From Psammoneis japonica (lineage: Eukaryota), in the NCBI GenBank assembly GCA_008632985.1, contig QPGO01000111.1:1-64000 (forward strand): a DNA stretch of 64,000 nt. The letters run 5' to 3'. A program made the position numbers and the translations under genes. Below are positions 45,364 through 56,691 of this stretch, piece after piece. The notes under the pieces are model-generated. The model was not told the DNA's origin and did no database searches. It was given only the letters and a program-made list of their open reading frames with translations. Position 1 is the first letter of the stretch. Each line of letters starts with the position of its first letter.

Positions 45364-47670
45364 TTATTGGTAGGCATCCTCATCGTCGAAGTCGTTTGAA
45401 ACTCCAGCATCCTCCTCGCCGTCGTCATCATCTTCTATTTGGTCCGTGTCGATTCCAAGATCGTCAGCCAAGTTTACGAGCGTCATGGTATCTTCAAGTA
45501 ATCGTCTGAGTTCATCGACACTAGTTTTGTTCATATCAACATTTCCTTCTTCTGTTCGTACAATGTCTTGAACCACTGGGGGCTCAACGTCTACAAATTC
45601 AAAATTCAACTCCTTCGCCAACTTTTCCATTTTTTCGGCCTCCTCTCCTTCTTTGAGAATGGAAACGACTCGCCCACCGCCTCCTAGAACGCTTCCCCGC
45701 TGACCGACACGTCCTACTCTTCCCGCTAAATGAACGTATTCTCTTGGATCATCGATGGGAAGGTACAGTGTGTAGACATGACTGACATTTGGAAAGTCAA
45801 GACCTCTTACAGAATTGGGTGTTGCCAGCATTACACTTGTTTTCCCGCTTCGAAACTGCTCCATCATGGACAAGGGTCGAATCCCTGTATCCGGAAGAAG
45901 CGCGCACAGCTTGTGCTCTCCCCATAGCGCATCACGAATGGTTTCAATCGACGCTCTTGCTTCTTTTTCACTCGGGTAAAACACAACTACGCGGGGACGC
46001 ATCGATTCGTCATTTTGATGTGTAGCATTGTAGGATTTCAACTCTTGCCGCAGCAGCCGAGCCAAATTCAAGAGACCTGTATTGTTGGCCACGACGACAC
46101 GCTCATGTCGTAAACCAGGGTCAAGACAAACGTCCAAATCTTGAAGAGACGCAGTTTCGGATTGACTCCCAACCAAAATAGACGATCCGTCACCGTCACT
46201 GCTATGGGATTCTAAAGGAGCAAAACGTGTGGCAGTAGAAATGTAGCTCTTGCCCTCGGGTAGAACTCGCGATTTTACTGCCAAATTACCCAACGATTCC
46301 GTTACACTGGCGCCCACTAAGAACACCAATCTCGAGTAGTCGCGTTGTTCGATATCATCGTCAAAGAGGGAATCCAAATCCTCCGTCTTTGTCTTTTCCA
46401 ATGCCAAGTCAGCCTCGTCGTAAATAATTACCCTAAGTGTGGAGGGGTCCACATCCTTGTCAGTGATAAGTTTGCTGAGATACTTTGGTGTGGTAATGGC
46501 GACATCTGTTTGTAGTTTGAGCCCGAACTCAGCGTCCTCTTCATCAAGAATACAAGCAATCTTGACTCCTTTTGGCCCCTTGTATCGAAACGAATTTTGC
46601 TTTCCAGGCAAAATTTCGGTAGGATCCCGCTTAATGTTGCCACCCACCAATTCGTACAATACCATGGCAGTTTGCACACCGAGCTCTCGTGTGGGAACAA
46701 CAATCAACGCCAGTGGGTCCTTGACGTTGGTACCAGATTTACCCAAGCTGGACAGAGCAGCACCTGTCGCAATGGCACTATCGCGTTTGATTTGTCTACG
46801 ACTTGACGATCGGACTTGTGGCGAGGTGACAACTGCCACACGAGCCAGCATGTCATCGGTCGTATCCCCGACACTCTCTTCCGCACCAACACGAACACGT
46901 TGTCGTGTAAATAGTGAATCACTCAACGTACTCAACAGAGGAACCAAATATGCCAGAGTCTTTCCAGATCCCGTTGTTCCGCTTACAACAATACCCATAT
47001 CTTGATTATCATTCAACAGTCCAACGCGCTCTTCCAATGTTGACTCTTCATCTTCATCTTCTTTCATAGAAGTTACAGCCTGTGTGCTGTTGGCCAGAAT
47101 AGCATTCACTGCTTCCATCGCATTAATTTGAATAGTTGTAGGAAATGTAAAATTAAGAGAATCTAACCGCTCAATCAACCATGGTGCTGCTCCAAGTCCC
47201 CGCCATGACAATCGACGCCGCCGTTGCTTTAGTTCCTCCTTGTCCTTGGGTGGCTCCTTGCCTTGCCACAACCGACTCAACAGAATATCGGATAGCCGAC
47301 CAGCTTCCATAAAGTCTTCACGCTCGGCAGCTAGGAAAAAAAAGACGAGTAGGAAAAAAGATGAAAACGTAAGCGAAAGGGCGATTTGCCGATAAACGCG
47401 GCCTTACAGAAGAAAAAGAAACCCACCGTTTCTCAAAAGAGTCTGCAATTCATTCAGCCCCATTTTTTCTTCCGACGACACGGATGCCGAGCCTTGGGAC
47501 TTGTGTCCATCTTGCTCTGGCGAAGTGCCATACAATTTCAAAGTTTGTCGTTTCTGCTGCATCAAGGATGGATTTCTCGTCGTCGATAAAGAAGTCCATC
47601 CACTCACGCAAACATTATGTTGAAGAACAAAAACAAAGCACAAGCTCTGTACAGCAGAAAAGCCCTTCAT
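45364..47670 (-). CDS. DEAD-box-like RNA helicase with a probable plastid presequence and N-terminal UVR-like motif; intron ~47331-47427
   Basis: Q-motif PTTIQ, GTTGSGKT, PTREL, DEAD, RGLD, HLAGRVGR. The splice gives LRNAAEREDFMEAGRLSD. Confidence 0.85.
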
Positions 47671-48094
47671 TGAGAATTGAGACGTCCGACTATTTTCTAC
47701 CAAAACAAGCCGCTTCAATCAAGGACAGGTCAAAATTTTGAATCCTACTTTCGCTGTTGCGGTTCGAAAGAAAGCAACGAAAGACGATAGAGTCAGAATT
47801 CAGATTGGCTCCGAAAAAAAGTGAGGCAACACCGCACAACGAAAGCGGCTCCACGTGTCATACTGGCGATTACCGTAGATTTACAGACCAAACTGCCGTA
47901 CGTCCGCCGTGCGCGATGACAAGCCTCTAGCTAGAGTTAGCAGAGAGTAAGAGCTACAAGCTAAACTATGCAGAAAAGAAGGAATGACAGAGAAGAGCTT
48001 TCACTCCTGCTATGGCCAGCAACTCCCAGAATCGAAATCCTGTGCATGACAACGCGATTTAGAATAATATAATCCGTACAGTACCGTTGTAGTA

Positions 48095-51000
48095 CTACTC
48101 GGAATCTTCCAGCGGCTCATTTGATCGCTGCAACTGAGCCAGAAATAGAGAATCCGCAACTTTCTTTTCAACGGGGAGGCGCGGAGTAGGCTTTACATCT
48201 TCATCACTGTAGTTGTTGATGTTCTTGTTCGCATAGAGGCTAATCTTGTAGTCTTCAATTTGTCCACTTTTCAATACACCACCTTGATAGAGGATTCTTC
48301 GCGCAGGGGCCGAATCAAAGTTGACTTTCATGGTCTCTCCGAGGTTGAAAACAAATCTTTGAAATTCTCCAAAATCGCGAAGTACACGCGTCGCGTCTTG
48401 CCAACTATTGCGATGTTTGACATCCAAACGAAGCCAAATTTTCTCATTGTCCGCGTCAAACAAATTGAACCGATAGTTTACGAGTGCTTCCCAAACGCGA
48501 GGGTGGTCGACAATGTACCTTTCAATAGCAGCCTTGAAGACCTCATCACCATCTTTCTCGATGAAACGCACATGCATGGGCTGTTCAAGAACACAAACTG
48601 CATTTGGTGAACGATTCAAATTGCGGATGCGTTCTCCAGATATCGTGCCATTGTTGACCGTGGCCACTTCGTTGGTCAGGGCGAAGCGCACGGTAGTCGA
48701 AAACAGGTTGATGTCCTCAACAAACCAAGAGATACCCGCACCAGGATAAGGGCCATTGCTATCAAGAACTATGCGGTCACCCAAGTCGTATGGTCGTCGA
48801 ACAGCAATCAGTAGAACGCCTTCAATGTACTTTGAGGCAGAAGCACCCATGGCGAAGCTGAATGACACGAGGAGTGTCGATAAACTGACTAGCAGCGGCC
48901 ATGGATTGATGTTCATGACCGACAAGATTATCAAGAAAAGGAAGAACCCATAGGCGCCATCAATGATCTTCTCTAGAGCATGGTCAATCACTGAAGCGTT
49001 GCCAACAGAAGCCCGAAAGTAACGCAGCCTTCGATACAAGCTGTCACATGTCTGAACAAAAGCCAGCAAAGGAATGTTGCCGAAGCGGTCGGGTCGAATG
49101 AATTTCCGCAAGGCGTTTCGTTTCTTCTCATTGACTGTTTCGTCTTCTTCCTGAGCTAGCATGGCAATCACATCGTTGGATAAAACGGAGGAGCCCGGTG
49201 TGAGCCTTACCAGTTTTTGATAAACATTGTGCGCGGACTCGATACACTCGTCTCTGGTCGAGGCCGGCCCAAAAGCATCTCCAAACGGGAGAGGATCATC
49301 CATGAAGGCCAAGGCTCTCCGAAATCGAAGAATGTCGTGAATACTAGCGTCGCTCGTCTTTTCCAGCTTGTTGACAGGCTCTTGCCATCGGTCTAGGAAT
49401 TGCTTGATTCGGATACTCCCGCTTTCGCTCCGAGACAGATTAGCACTGGCGCTATGTTTCAACATACCCTTGCGCTCAACGGGATTAGGGCTATTAACGC
49501 TGTCCGAGTCAGAAACAGTTTCGTCGCGTAGTTGGTCACTGCTGTCCAGGTTGTAAAAGCCGTCATGTCTCAACCACCTGACAGACCCAGCGACACCCTT
49601 TGACTTTGCGGGTGCACCACTCTTTAATCCGGTCACATCTGTTTCACCTGATGCAATACGATCGGCTTCTTCCGCAAGATCGGCTACTTCACTGAGGATG
49701 ACAATGTCTTGTAATATTTTTTTCAGCCTTGGTTTGAACACAACAAAAGTTCGTCGTCCGAAATGGATTGCAACTAACGCTCGCTTGACACTGATTGCGA
49801 GACCCGCCAATATCAGCGACAGCAGAAACCTGAGATACAAATCTGATGAAAGGATGTAGCTACCGGAGTTGGCCAGGGAGTAGATCTTAATGCCTGTCAT
49901 GTACAGCCAGTGAGTTTGAAAGGGGTTGTCTCCGTGGAGTAGGAGCAAATCCCACACGCCCCAACAGATTGCGACGAGCGGCCATCCCTTTGCTTGCAAT
50001 GCCCATAAAGTCACTAAAGGGCCCAACCACTGGACAGTATGCTTTGAACCCAATACTAAACCATCAATGATAATGTATTGTGTCAATCGCGCGAGCTCCA
50101 AGGTAAGGAGTTGCCTCCCTATAAAGTTGAACCACCACGACAAGGTGGCCTTTCCAGGCATGAAATCAAACCTGGGATTTTTTAGATAATAATAAAAGAT
50201 CCACGCCATAACAAACAGTGGCATTGCCAGCAGCACAAAGTACGCCGATGTCAGCATTTGCCCAAAGAGACACAGCCATCGGTACGGGCTCAAACAACGC
50301 AAAATCTTATGAAAGAGCTTGAGACATTTGCGACGATTTCTTCTCGTCTGACGCCTCTCACGCAGTCTCTCCATTTGTGTCGCACCATAGGAAGCGTCTT
50401 CGCCTAGCAAGGGTAGTTGGTCTTCTGCGGTTGGAGAAGTGGAGCTGGAACTCCTTTCTTCATCGCCGTCACCTCTTTGCAACAACTTCTCTACTCGGAG
50501 CGCATTGTAAACAAGCTGGTCCATATGAGAATCCTCCACTGCAAAGGCACTTGTGCCCAGCAAATCCTTTTCATGACCACCAACAGCGTTGAAAAATTCT
50601 GCGGAAGTTTCCGTCGTGGTTGTTGCAGCTACATCCTGGTTTTCTACTGTGTTCTCTGCCACCTCGGAATTTTCTGCCGCCACAGCTGTAGGGTCTTCTT
50701 CCGTAATAATCTGGAGTAGAGCATGAGCATTCAAAGTTCCTGAGCGTTTATGACTTGCCTTCTTTTTGGAAGAAGCAGCCTTTTTCTTTTCTTCTCGCCG
50801 CTTCTGGATAACGAGTTGGGCTATGTCCCTGAATCGTGGAGAAGGCTTTTTGGTAGCAACGGGAGAGGTGTCACTCCCTTCCAACGACGACGACGCTTTA
50901 AGGTCGTCCTTACTGTCAAAAAGGTTGTACATTTGTTCAAAACTAACCGTATCGCCCAACATGGGTCTTTCACCAGTCACTGCAGCCTGATAAGCTTCGC

Positions 51001-51136
51001 CAGAAGCCGTGCGAACTCGACCTCTGCGTCCTTCGATGCTTTCAAAGAGCTGCGTTTCGGCTGTGGATGAATCTAGATCTGAAAGCGTCAGACGATCCTC
51101 AGGGGGAGGTGGAGGAGGCTCATTAGAAGAAGACAT
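48095..51136 (-). CDS. MscS-like mechanosensitive channel
   Basis: TM bundle followed by LLVSFSFA.G......IEGVLLIAVRRPYDLGDRI, VEDINLFSTT and I.NLNRSP. Confidence 0.9.
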   Translation of the reverse strand: MSSSNEPPPPPPEDRLTLSDLDSSTAETQLFESIEGRRGRVRTASGEAYQAAVTGERPMLGDTVSFEQMYNLFDSKDDLKASSSLEGSDTSPVATKKPSPRFRDIAQLVIQKRREEKKKAASSKKKASHKRSGTLNAHALLQIITEEDPTAVAAENSEVAENTVENQDVAATTTTETSAEFFNAVGGHEKDLLGTSAFAVEDSHMDQLVYNALRVEKLLQRGDGDEERSSSSTSPTAEDQLPLLGEDASYGATQMERLRERRQTRRNRRKCLKLFHKILRCLSPYRWLCLFGQMLTSAYFVLLAMPLFVMAWIFYYYLKNPRFDFMPGKATLSWWFNFIGRQLLTLELARLTQYIIIDGLVLGSKHTVQWLGPLVTLWALQAKGWPLVAICWGVWDLLLLHGDNPFQTHWLYMTGIKIYSLANSGSYILSSDLYLRFLLSLILAGLAISVKRALVAIHFGRRTFVVFKPRLKKILQDIVILSEVADLAEEADRIASGETDVTGLKSGAPAKSKGVAGSVRWLRHDGFYNLDSSDQLRDETVSDSDSVNSPNPVERKGMLKHSASANLSRSESGSIRIKQFLDRWQEPVNKLEKTSDASIHDILRFRRALAFMDDPLPFGDAFGPASTRDECIESAHNVYQKLVRLTPGSSVLSNDVIAMLAQEEDETVNEKKRNALRKFIRPDRFGNIPLLAFVQTCDSLYRRLRYFRASVGNASVIDHALEKIIDGAYGFFLFLIILSVMNINPWPLLVSLSTLLVSFSFAMGASASKYIEGVLLIAVRRPYDLGDRIVLDSNGPYPGAGISWFVEDINLFSTTVRFALTNEVATVNNGTISGERIRNLNRSPNAVCVLEQPMHVRFIEKDGDEVFKAAIERYIVDHPRVWEALVNYRFNLFDADNEKIWLRLDVKHRNSWQDATRVLRDFGEFQRFVFNLGETMKVNFDSAPARRILYQGGVLKSGQIEDYKISLYANKNINNYSDEDVKPTPRLPVEKKVADSLFLAQLQRSNEPLEDSE

Positions 51137-51199
51137 GGTGGTAGTATGTCTTGAGTGTGCGAGAATGCTCGCTATATCCTACTTCGTACAACGACGATG

Positions 51200-54100
51200 G
51201 CAGCTGTATGTCGTGCTCATGGTCACGCAGTCTCGCGGACGACTCACTCCTCGCGTTTTCAGCATCGCGCCCCTCGACGCGACGCTCAGTCGCGAGCAAG
51301 TCTGTGCGTGCACTGCGTGCATCCATCACCATCGCTGCACTTGCAGATTCTGAAATGTCCCTCTGTTGCACCATTGCAGCAAAGCGTTCCTTCTCCTTCA
51401 CAACCTTCGATGCAGATGCAATCGCACTGCCGGGCGAGTTGGTGCACTCACTGTTGGTGACATTGGCACAAGGACTGAGATCATTTCAAAGAGACTGGGT
51501 CAAGCTCGCATCATCCATTCTGACACCCTGGTGGCCATGTGCCAAGAAGGCTCACGGCATGGACATCTGTGTCGAGTTCACAGGAATTGTTTGCTTCAAC
51601 ACTGCAATCACACTGCATGGACCCACCCACTCCAGACCCCTTGAAGGTCAAATGGTTGTTTCCATCAATGACAATTCCCGGGTCAGTGGCACAACTGAAG
51701 CTTCCACACACTCATGACTTTTTCCCGCCGCAATGGCCAATGACGCACTTGCTGAACCACTTAAAAATGTCATCCATGTGGCTCTCGTGGCCTTCAGTGT
51801 GCAGAAGCAACTGCACAAAATGCAGCAGATGCAGCCACCTGGCTGTTCGATGCAGAGTGGCGTGTTTCACATCATTGAAAACTGTGTCTCCCATGCCAAA
51901 GAAGTTGTTGTCAAGCCTGCACAACTGATGATTCTTTCATTGCCCTGCAACCTCTGAATCTGGCTCTTCACAGTGTTTTGGGCCACAAAAGGATGAAACA
52001 AAGAAACAGGGGCAAGAAGAACTTGTGAACAAATGCCCCCGATTCACATGATGCAGCCGAGCCAGCCAAACACTCGCCCTTTTGTGCTGTGGCAGAGCAA
52101 CACAACAAATGCTGACAAAAACTGCAAAAAATGGTGCAGATCATCATGGCAGTTAGATTTGCAGGACAGCAAGCAATGCAGCCAGTGAGCAAAAGATCTT
52201 GGATGATGGCAAGAACTTTTTTGATTTGTGGGAGATTCGTTCCACAGAAATCTGCAGGGATCTCTTGGCATGTTTCCAGCCAGAGTTAAGTTCAGAGAAC
52301 CTTTTTGAGGAAGTTTGTGGAATGACAGCATGCCATGAAACCAAAATGACCCAATCACTCCAGTTGCCAAGTGATTGCTCTGGACAAAAGCCACAGAGGT
52401 GTGATTGTTCTGCTCACAGGTTCCAAGAATCTGTTGTGTTTTCTTTTTGCTGAGATTGGCAACAAGAACAGCTTCACTTGGCAGTTGTCCAACTGCAGCA
52501 CTTTCTTCTCTGGCCAGACAAAACAGCACTGCAGCACTCATTGGCAGGCCAACAAGCCCTCCACACAGCTCATCTTGGTCTTTGTTTTGGCTTCTTTTGG
52601 TGGTGATCTGTGCTTCCTCCCCAGCACACATTCTCCTTTTGCATTGCCACAGCAATTTTTGCACTTTGTTTTGAAGTGTCTCTCTCCTTCTTTTTGAACA
52701 CTCCAACAAATCTTGAACAAACACAGCACTTTGTGATTTTGGCAAATCCCCAGACAACCTCCACAGGGATTTCCACAATGACCAACTCACACTTCACATT
52801 CTTCAACATGGCTGCCCAGCCAGCACTGGCATCCTTTCTTGTTCAAAAAGGATTTCCACAACAACAACCAATTTGGCTGTTTTTTTCTGCTCAATGACTG
52901 CTCCAGGACAAAAGTGGACAGCTCACACTGCTGCCTTTTCCTGCTCAGCACCAACCAGAGCAGATGCTTGCATGGAAAAAGCCAGCGAAGGTGCTCAACA
53001 ACAACAGAGAGAGGGCACATCTCTGCAAGTGCAGTGCCCATGCAAAAGCACTGCAAGGCTGTCAGTGGTGTGAAGTGCACCCAGCACACAAAAAGAGGAC
53101 TTCATTGTGGTGCCCTCAAAGACAACCCCTGGTGCACTTTTGCAGCTGAGGCAAAGTGCAATCTTGACATTGTTGGGTGTCAGAGAGGCTGAGTTAACCT
53201 CAAATCTGCCTGCCCCATGAGCAATGGACCCAAAAGAAGAAGCTTGGGTAGAGAGCTGTTCTGCTTGCCTTGCCACCCTGAAAAAAACTCCTGGACAACA
53301 AATTTGCATAGAAGCAGCACCAGTGCCCCCCAGTGGAAATGCCAAAAAAGTCCAGAATTTTGTGATTTTTTGACATTCCTGGCACTGTTTCCATGCTTGA
53401 TTCTGCACAGTTTCTGGAAGTTCCTGACTTTCTTGGCATTTTTGCTGTGGGACCCTGCTGGTGCTGCTTCTGCATTAATTTGGTTTTCTGGCATTCTTTT
53501 TGTGGGGTGCCTTGCAAATGATGCAAAGGTGGGTCAAAAGAAAAAGAAGTGTGGCTGATCATAAGATGCGTCACACATGTTGGAGTTTCATTCTTTCTCA
53601 TTGCACAAATGACAGAGGGCCTCAAAAATGTCAGTGAACCTCAGAACAACATTTTTGTAAAGGAAAAGACTGGACAACAAATGACAGGGTAAAGAAATTG
53701 AGGAGGTGAATGATGCCATTCCTGTGATGACCACATTGTTGCACAGACACATCACCAGCAGCCTGAGGTGCATTGGCTTCTTTGGAGGTGTGCACAGCTG
53801 GCCAGTGGGGCTGCTCACAAACAGACAAGCAGGAGCATTGGGGAGGATGTGGTGCCCTGCAGCTTGAAGGCATCAGTGCAAATGAGTCATGCCATCAGCC
53901 CATCAGCTGATGCACGAAATGGCTGATCCACTGCTTTTGAAGCTGGTGCGCTGTTTTGTTCCAAAAGGTTCAGAGGCAACCACATGAAATGGTGGTGTCT
54001 GCCTGCTGGTTTTGAGAAAGTGCCATTGTTTCCCAAGGTGCAAAAGCTCTTGCCTCAGAGATGAAGCACAGCATGCACACAGATTGAGAGCAGAGTTTAC

Positions 54101-54950
54101 AAATTTCCAACACACAGTGGAGCAAGCACCACACATCACAAAACTTTCAAAAAGCTGTGTGTGGACCAGGTGCAACAACTCTCCTGCAAGACTGGCCAGC
54201 AGAAAAGACAGTGTTGTCATGCCAACACATTTGATGTGGGGAAGGCAACATGCATGTCCTGCATTGAACACCCATGTTGATTTTAGAAGAGGTTTGGACT
54301 GCCTTTGCCATGCACTCTGGCAGAGTCAGCCCTTGTGTGAACATCCAGAGGTGTGCGCACAAGGCAGCATCAACCACACTTCATCTGTGCTGCCTTCTTT
54401 CCTGACCTGCTCTCAACATGGAAGGTTTGCACCACTTCCCTGACTCGCCACTTGGGTCTGTGCCACTGGGTCTGTGCCTGCATGAGGCAACTCAGAGAAC
54501 AGCATCTCCTGTGCTCCACTGCAGTCCCAGTGCATTTGCCATGACACCCTTTGCTGCCTTTTGATCAGGTGAGAAGAGACCAACAGTGTTCTGTTGTGTG
54601 TGACACAAGGTTGAAAAAATGATGCATGCAACCACATGCACAAAGCTCATGCAAAGAATTGACAGTTTCTTTGCAGCTGCAACATCCCTCCCAAAAATGT
54701 GTCTAACCCTGATGCTCAATCCACAGCTCATGCCAAGCAGGAGTGTGCAACAGTGTGGATGAAGAGTGGGACAACACCAATGTGCCCAGCGATGATGCAC
54801 ACATGGCCACCATTCCTGACGCCAAAAAAACAACCAAGTGTAAATGAGACAAAATGTCGTCAATGCCACAAAAGCCAGACGTTTAACATGCCGTGGAGGA
54901 CAAGACGCCCTCCCAAACTCAGCGTCAAGAATTGCAGCATGCCTTCTGGC
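51200..54950 (-). mobile_element. Heavily degenerate DNA transposon relic, probably MULE/MuDR-like
   Basis: No intact ORF. Remnant peptides on - (QLPSEAVLV, GTCEQNN..SVAFVQS, HAVIP, IDGNNH..K) resemble a MULE DDE core. TpA and CpG are almost absent. No TIRs found. Confidence 0.45.
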
Positions 54951-55178
54951 TGTACCGGTAGGGACTCTAGAATGAAAAAGGCCAAGAGAGCCCTAGCCAA
55001 GTAAGCATCTGCATTAAAGACTGGGCGGAGTTTAAAAATAACCAACACAAGCACGATGCACTAAGCACACCTAGCAGCAGATAGGCTGCAATTGTATGGA
55101 AAGATTCGGTCGGTATCTATGCTTTGAATATCAAACTGTTGAAAGCCTCTTCACATTGTGTAGCCATAGCCTTATACC

Positions 55179-56201
55179 CTAGTCATCAGCATAGACCAAC
55201 TTGTTCACCTCTGACAAGCTGCAGTACAATGAAAAATTATAAACAAGCGACATTGTAAGCATACCAACACGCTATATATTCAACATCCACACGCCACATA
55301 TTCGCACTTACAACTTTGTCCTAACGGCACCCGGTTTGGAGATTTCCAATAAATCCCGATCCTTCTCCAAGACTCCTTGTTCAAACTTGATTCGTTTCCT
55401 CACTTCGGATGGAAAGAGTGGAGTAAAGAGCTTGACGAGCGCTCCCAAGAGTGGCGGCAAGTTGAGCAACAGCGTCGGTCCCGACAAGGCGGGGTACAGA
55501 CTGTTGGCTTGTTTGGAGGCCTCGGAGAGTGCCGTACGAAACGATGCATCACCACCCACGAGCTTGACACCCGCCAAGTCATTGGCGGCAACGACACACG
55601 CGAGTCGATCTTGTTGTTGCGACCTTGTATTGGCGACAAGGGCATTGACTTCTTTGCAATACAGAAAAAAGTCCACCATGTCGTCCACACTGCTCAAACT
55701 CGACATGAGTCCCTTGTCGTCAATTTTTCCGGCACGAATGCAATAAATGAGGTCGCCAGTGGATGTCGTTGAGGTTAAACACTGCGACGATGTAATGTAC
55801 TGGTTAATGGTGGAGGCATGCGGAGCCGCGTCTCGTACAGGAGCATTGTCCCACGCAGAGTCTGCTCCAGAGGTTGCCTTTTCTACGGCCGACACTGCCG
55901 CGTCACAAATAGCCTTGCCGGGTCCCATGCGCCACTTGAGATTCTCTTTTAAAAGATCCAATTGTTCATCTGCGGACTCGAGTTTCTTGTCCAGACAGTA
56001 TCGCAGATAAAACACATCGTTCGAGTAGGGCTCTGCATCCGTGGAGCCGACAATGTTTTTGGTTTCCGTCTTGAGAGCATTGACTTGATTTGCATTTTCC
56101 TGCAATAACGTTGCTAGGGGTTTACTGGATAAGGAAAATCCCGAGACAGTCGAGGCAATGACGCCCAATAGTAGCAACGCGACTCGGAGCAGAGGCGTCA
56201 T
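55179..56201 (-). CDS. CRAL-TRIO/Sec14-like lipid-binding protein with a bipartite (VSG-F) plastid-type presequence; intron ~55219-55311
   Basis: DVFYLRY...LKWR, NDLAGV, YP.L....LLNLP...KLF.P.FP...KI. The final exon FLSEVNKLVYADD* is in frame. Confidence 0.8.
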
Positions 56202-56691
56202 GGCTGCCAAAAAAGATTTGTGATGATGTTGATGTTGAAAAAATGCCGATCGCAAAGATCGCGATGATGTCATGATGATGTCACGAAGAATTCAGCGATG
56301 CGCTTGAGAGGTCGTCCTTGGTCCGTCAAGAACAAACCACGACCGCATAATGATATGCCCTAAATAAAAATCAGTCTCTAATAAAATACTATAAAAGTAT
56401 CCAACCAATCAAATGTCTTGAAAATGGAGGGAGTTTTGAGTGAGTCACTCATCGTACAAGTTGTACCAGTTCCAACGTTTAATTAACTGTCTATAGCTAC
56501 TAAGATGAACATTCTATGTCGAGACACAGTTGACGAAACCACGTGGGAGCAACGGCGGACAAAGATTTAGAGCGAATCATCGCAGTGCCGCATGCTCGTG
56601 TGCGTTTGCTCCTGTTGTTTGTATGGTACAAAACCAGTACTGAGCAGCAGCAGCAGCAGCAGAAGGAGCGAGAGAGAACCAACCAACCACC

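Noticed and set aside
52100..54900. Apparent strand asymmetry of surviving TpA contexts (YTAY on each element's coding strand)
   Set aside because: Explicable by ancestral coding bias (Tyr codons allowed, in-frame stops avoided), and the numbers are too small.
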